Below, one piece after another: positions 28,201-30,594 of a stretch of 30,594 nt of DNA (its first letter is position 1; every line of letters starts with the position of its first letter). The DNA is from Gemmatimonadales bacterium. Its GTDB lineage: Bacteria; Gemmatimonadota; Gemmatimonadetes; Gemmatimonadales; GWC2-71-9. A program made the translations under genes and the position numbers. Under the pieces are notes generated by a model. It had not been told where the DNA came from. It ran no database searches and saw nothing but the letters and a program-made list of their open reading frames with translations. The stretch is from NCBI GenBank assembly GCA_039794085.1, contig JBDIWC010000044.1, positions 1-30,594 on the forward strand, in the 5' to 3' direction.

Positions 28201-30468
28201 AGGGCACCGTCCCCGCAACGGTGCTGATCGGTCACACGTTCCCGGTGTTCTACGCGCGCCCGGCTTCGGTAGCGCAGAGCTTTGGACTGCCGTGCTCCCC
28301 CGCGCCCGGGTCCTCCACTCTGTGCCAGTTGACCGCGGAAGTGGTAACGGGGGAACGGGCGGAGGAGACCTTTGTCCAGGCGATCACCACATCCATCGGT
28401 ACACTGGATGCGAGCGCCCTCGGCATGGGTGGCTTCACGTTCGACGTGCAGCATGTGTACGATCCGCTCGGTGGGGTGCTGTACCGAGGAGACGGGACGC
28501 GCCGAGCAACTGGCGCGCTTCCCCTGGGGATCAACACCGTAGCAGGCACCGGGAGCCAGGGGCCCGGCGCATTCGCCGATGTGAACAATGGCGTGCCCGC
28601 CACGACCGAGCCCATTCCGTTCCCAAGAGCCATCGCCTTTGCTCCGGATGGATCGTTCTACGTCTCCGACTCGCGCAGCATCATTCGACGCGTAACCCCA
28701 GACGGGCTAATCCACACCATCCTGGGCGAGAATAGACTCGAACGGGGTGGATTCGGAGGCGATGGAGGGCCCGCATCGTTGGCCCGTGTTGCGAGCATTG
28801 CCGGCATGGCGGTCGGGCCGGATGGTAGCCTATACCTTGCTGATCAAGGCAACCATCGGGTGCGCAAGATCACCCCGGACGGAATCATCAACACGGTAGC
28901 GGGAAATGGGGAGACCGGCTTCAGTGGGCCGCTGGGTGACGGAGGCCTCGCAACGGACGCACGCTTGAGTAACCCCAAAGGAATTGCAGTAGCGCCGGAT
29001 GGCAGCGTGTACATCTCCGACGCTTCTCACTCCCGGGTCCGTCGGATTGGACCGGATGGAATCATCACCACCATCCTCGGTAACGGGACGGCTTGTACGA
29101 TTGGAACCCTTGGGACCGAGGACAACTTCAACACGCTGTGTGGCAACGGCATACCAGCAAGCCAGGCGCGCATGTCCCAGGGTGACGCGAATCTCGCCAT
29201 GGGACCCGATGGCAGTCTTTACGTCAGTGATTTCCTCTTGAACCGGGTGCGCCGGATCGGCCCTGACGGAATCATCCGCACCGTGGCCGGGAGCAACAGC
29301 GTCGGGAACTTCGGGGACGGAGGGCCCGCAACGCTCGCCGCGGTGGTCCATCCGCAGGCCGTGGCGGTGGATCCGGACGGAACGCTGTACATCTCCACCG
29401 GACAGTCGTTCACACCCGATGGCAACTACCGGGTACGCAAGGTGTCGCCGGCCGGGATCATCACCACCCTGGTCTCCAGCACCGGTGTCTTCGGTTTCTC
29501 CGGCGACCGGGGCCCCGCCCTGTCGGCTACGATGAACCAGGCATTGGGAATGGCGCTGTCACCCGATGGAAGCCTCTACCTTGCCGGGTCGGACAATCGC
29601 GTGCGGCGAGTCAGCGGGGTGCTGCCAGGGTTCGGGATCGGGCAAACCGTGATTGCCTCTGAGGACGGGAGCGTGCTCTACGTCTTCAGTCCCGCGGGCC
29701 GTCCGCTCCTGACGCTCGATGCGGTGACCCAGGACACCGTCTTCCTCTACGGCTACGACGCCAACCGCCAACTGGTATCGATCACCGACCGGGATGGGCG
29801 CATCACCGCCATCCAGCGGGACGCGACCGGAAGGCCCACCGCGCTCATTATGCCGAACGGCCAGGTGACAGCCGTGCAGGTGAATGCGAACGGGCAGCTG
29901 GTGAGCCTCACCGGCCCCGACGGGTTGCCGGTGCGGTTCGGGATCGCCCCGAATGGCCTTCTGGCAGGTGCAGTGAATCAAGCCGGCGACAGCGTGGCTC
30001 GCTATGCCTACGATCCCGACGGCGCACTTGTCGGGGCCACGAATCCCCATGGGGGGACTACCTCCATTACCAACACGGCCACTCCGACTGCTGTCACACT
30101 CTCTCTCGCACCGCCGAGCGGCAATTCGTTGTCTTTAATAAGTAGCACAGAGCCAACTGGCGCCTCGTTGATTCGTGCTATCCTTAATGGCACCTCGACT
30201 GTTTCCTCCCAAGTCGATGATGGCGGTAATATCGTCACTACAGCACCGGACGGTACTATCACCACACTCACTCGTGTTGCTAACCCACGCTATGGCCTGC
30301 AGGCCAGTCTTGGGGAAGAAGAGATGCTTCTTCCATCGGGATTGAGGAGGGTGACTCGCACCCAGCGGGCCTTGGTATTCAGTGATCCGAGCGATCCTAC
30401 GAGCATAGTGCAGGAGATCGACTCGCTGATCGTGAATGGGCGAGTGAGTACGATCAGTAAAGATTTAG
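25206..30468 (+). pseudogene. giant teneurin-like/RHS protein (tandem N-terminal domains, 3 Ig-like repeats, Fn-plug, NHL repeats, YD repeats), interrupted by an IS
   Basis: TLSRADGGYDLAVNGG, LNYASDR, FHWDGKDVYGR, GGFTFDVQHVYD...LYRGDG, about 6 PDGSLY/GDGG.A NHL blades, YGYD..RQLVSITD YD repeats. The frame reads into IS sequence and stops at 30494. ATG 25206 follows GAGG. Confidence 0.88.
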
Positions 30469-30594
30469 GGGTCTTCACCCGATTGAGTGGGTAACCGGCC
30501 TCACTTGACACCAGCCGGATAGAGATTCAGGCCACCCAGATGGAAATAGATGGCCGTCTTGAAGCGTTCCTTGTTGCGGAAACCGCGACTGCGG
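30469..30594 (-). mobile_element. right end of an ISL3-family insertion sequence; transposase C-terminus at 30501-30593
   Basis: Minus strand reads RSRGFRNKERFKTAIYFHLGGLNLYPAGVK*, a typical ISL3 transposase ending. The terminal IR begins GGGTCTTC after AT-rich AGATTTAG. Confidence 0.88.

Noticed and set aside
30469..30494. Natural C-terminus of the 1809-aa ORF
   Set aside because: These codons are IS terminal sequence, and the YD shell and RHS core are incomplete.

Overview
GC-rich (~65-70%) bacterial chromosomal segment; the gene content suggests Gemmatimonadota, but this is an inference. About 25 kb is mostly housekeeping: PP2C phosphatase, FHA-like membrane protein, lysylphosphatidylglycerol-synthase-type flippase, uvrA-alkA, a secreted beta-propeller protein, a MazF/RHH toxin-antitoxin pair, a CPA2 antiporter, an EF-P with an atypical PGNL loop, tRNA-Asn, holB-moaC-SLT, and a long minus-strand run (ffh-rpsP-rimM-trmD-rplS-rnhB-tRNA-Lys-hybrid kinase-ilvE-three small ORFs-MltD/LysM). 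Intergenic regions are rich in REP-like palindromes and 7-nt periodic repeats, and a four-unit composite repeat array lies behind tRNA-Asn. The last 5.3 kb encode a giant bacterial teneurin-like protein (Ig-like repeats, Fn-plug, NHL propeller, start of a YD shell). It is preceded by phased TTCAAGGTA boxes and is interrupted at ~30469 by the right end of an ISL3-family element that runs off the window. All calls come from motif recognition by eye; no database searches were run.
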